The translations under genes were made by a program, and so were the position numbers. Positions 63,226-64,000 of a stretch of DNA of 64,000 nt are shown here, piece by piece. The DNA is from Lama guanicoe (taxonomy: Eukaryota). The notes under the pieces are model-generated. The model was not told the origin of the DNA. It saw nothing but the letters and a program-made list of their open reading frames with translations, and ran no database searches. Positions within the stretch are counted from its first letter, which is position 1. Every line of letters begins with the position of its first letter. The DNA lies in contig MU056000.1 in NCBI GenBank assembly GCA_013239625.1, forward strand, positions 11,855,175 through 11,919,174, in the 5' to 3' direction.

Positions 63226-64000
63226 TCTCCAGTCAATTGTGGGATTGGAATGTGGGCCTTTGATTCCTAGGCCAGGGGTCCTTCCTCTGAACCACTGAGT
63301 TCTGATCTGAAGATAAATAACATAGTCCTGCGAGGACTTAGAATGAAGACAGTCAAGATGAGGAACTGAAAATGTTCCCAACACCATTTTCTCCTAATAA
63401 TTGAATCTACTCAGTAACACTACCCGAGCAGGGAAATTGTAGGTAATTAAAAGTAAAAATTAAAAACACAAGCAAGGCATGTGTTATGCATGTGAGAATG
63501 GGTTTTAGTTGATTTATTCAGTACTTTTTACACATATATGCTAACAGCTCAAATATAATTTAGCTTCTGGTCTTTTTCCTTTTATCCCCAAATGATTGTC
63601 TATTGAGAATTTTCATTTCAGCTCCATTTTCTTCCAGGGGCACACATACCTTCCAAATTATTTCTCCACAAAAGGAGTTCACCTTAATGGTAAAGTACCC
63701 ACCTGTTAGTCATCACCTGATGGAGAAACAGGCTGCATTCATTCGTCTGGCTTTTTGACGCAATGAGCAGCATTAATGAAAAGATCCACACATGTCTGCA
63801 TCTCGTGGTCCTTCTCCTCCTTTGTTCTGTGTTTATTCTTTGGGATCTCCTAGAATATCTCAGGGATGTGAACCCAGGGCAGACACATCTTAGCATCACT
63901 CGGTGTCTCTGGGTGGGGAGAGCGGGGCGGGGAAGACGCCATGGGGAGGATTTTTCACACGAGTGTTTATTCAGCTCGTTCACAAAAGCATCTGACTGCG
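63226..64000 (-). repeat. Inverted repeat, right arm, outer segment (runs off the window)
   Basis: Reverse complement of 7485..8295. Confidence 0.93.

Noticed and set aside
7485..64000. Whole inverted repeat as an assembly artefact
   Set aside because: The arms differ by an estimated 1-30% in blocks and carry private insertions, deletions and duplications, which a false duplication would not produce.
1..64000. CRISPR arrays, rRNA, tRNA or prokaryotic systems
   Set aside because: Mammalian DNA; no repeat-spacer periodicity or structural RNA gene recognised by eye. A covariance-model search was not possible.

Overview
Eutherian mammalian genomic DNA, probably camelid. The young LINE-1 tail at 26.7-27.3 kb resembles camelid L1 as I recall it, and I saw no Alu, B1, Bov-A/BovB, PRE-1 or SINEC elements. 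One protein-coding gene is supported: an intact six-exon ZNF622 (Rei1-family pre-60S maturation factor) homologue on the minus strand. Its CDS spans 43732..32029 (1422 nt spliced, 473 aa), all introns are GT-AG and all four zinc fingers keep their ligands. It differs from the human ZNF622 sequence I recall at normally conserved positions, and the expected RETREG1 neighbour is missing, so it is probably a transposed paralogue. The gene lies in the ~16 kb spacer of a large, old inverted repeat. The left arm runs from <=7485 to ~29900 and the right arm from ~46340 to >=64000, leaving the window. Arm identity is a patchwork, by eye from ~70% (inner) to >99% (GC-rich blocks), as expected from ongoing arm-to-arm gene conversion. 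The arms also carry private rearrangements: three tandem duplications (417 bp, 316 bp, ~2.1 kb), a 5.5 kb deletion, a 5'-inverted L1 and two short templated insertions. The rest is ordinary interspersed repeats and microsatellites. All identity values are visual estimates and repeat family names are from memory of consensus sequences.
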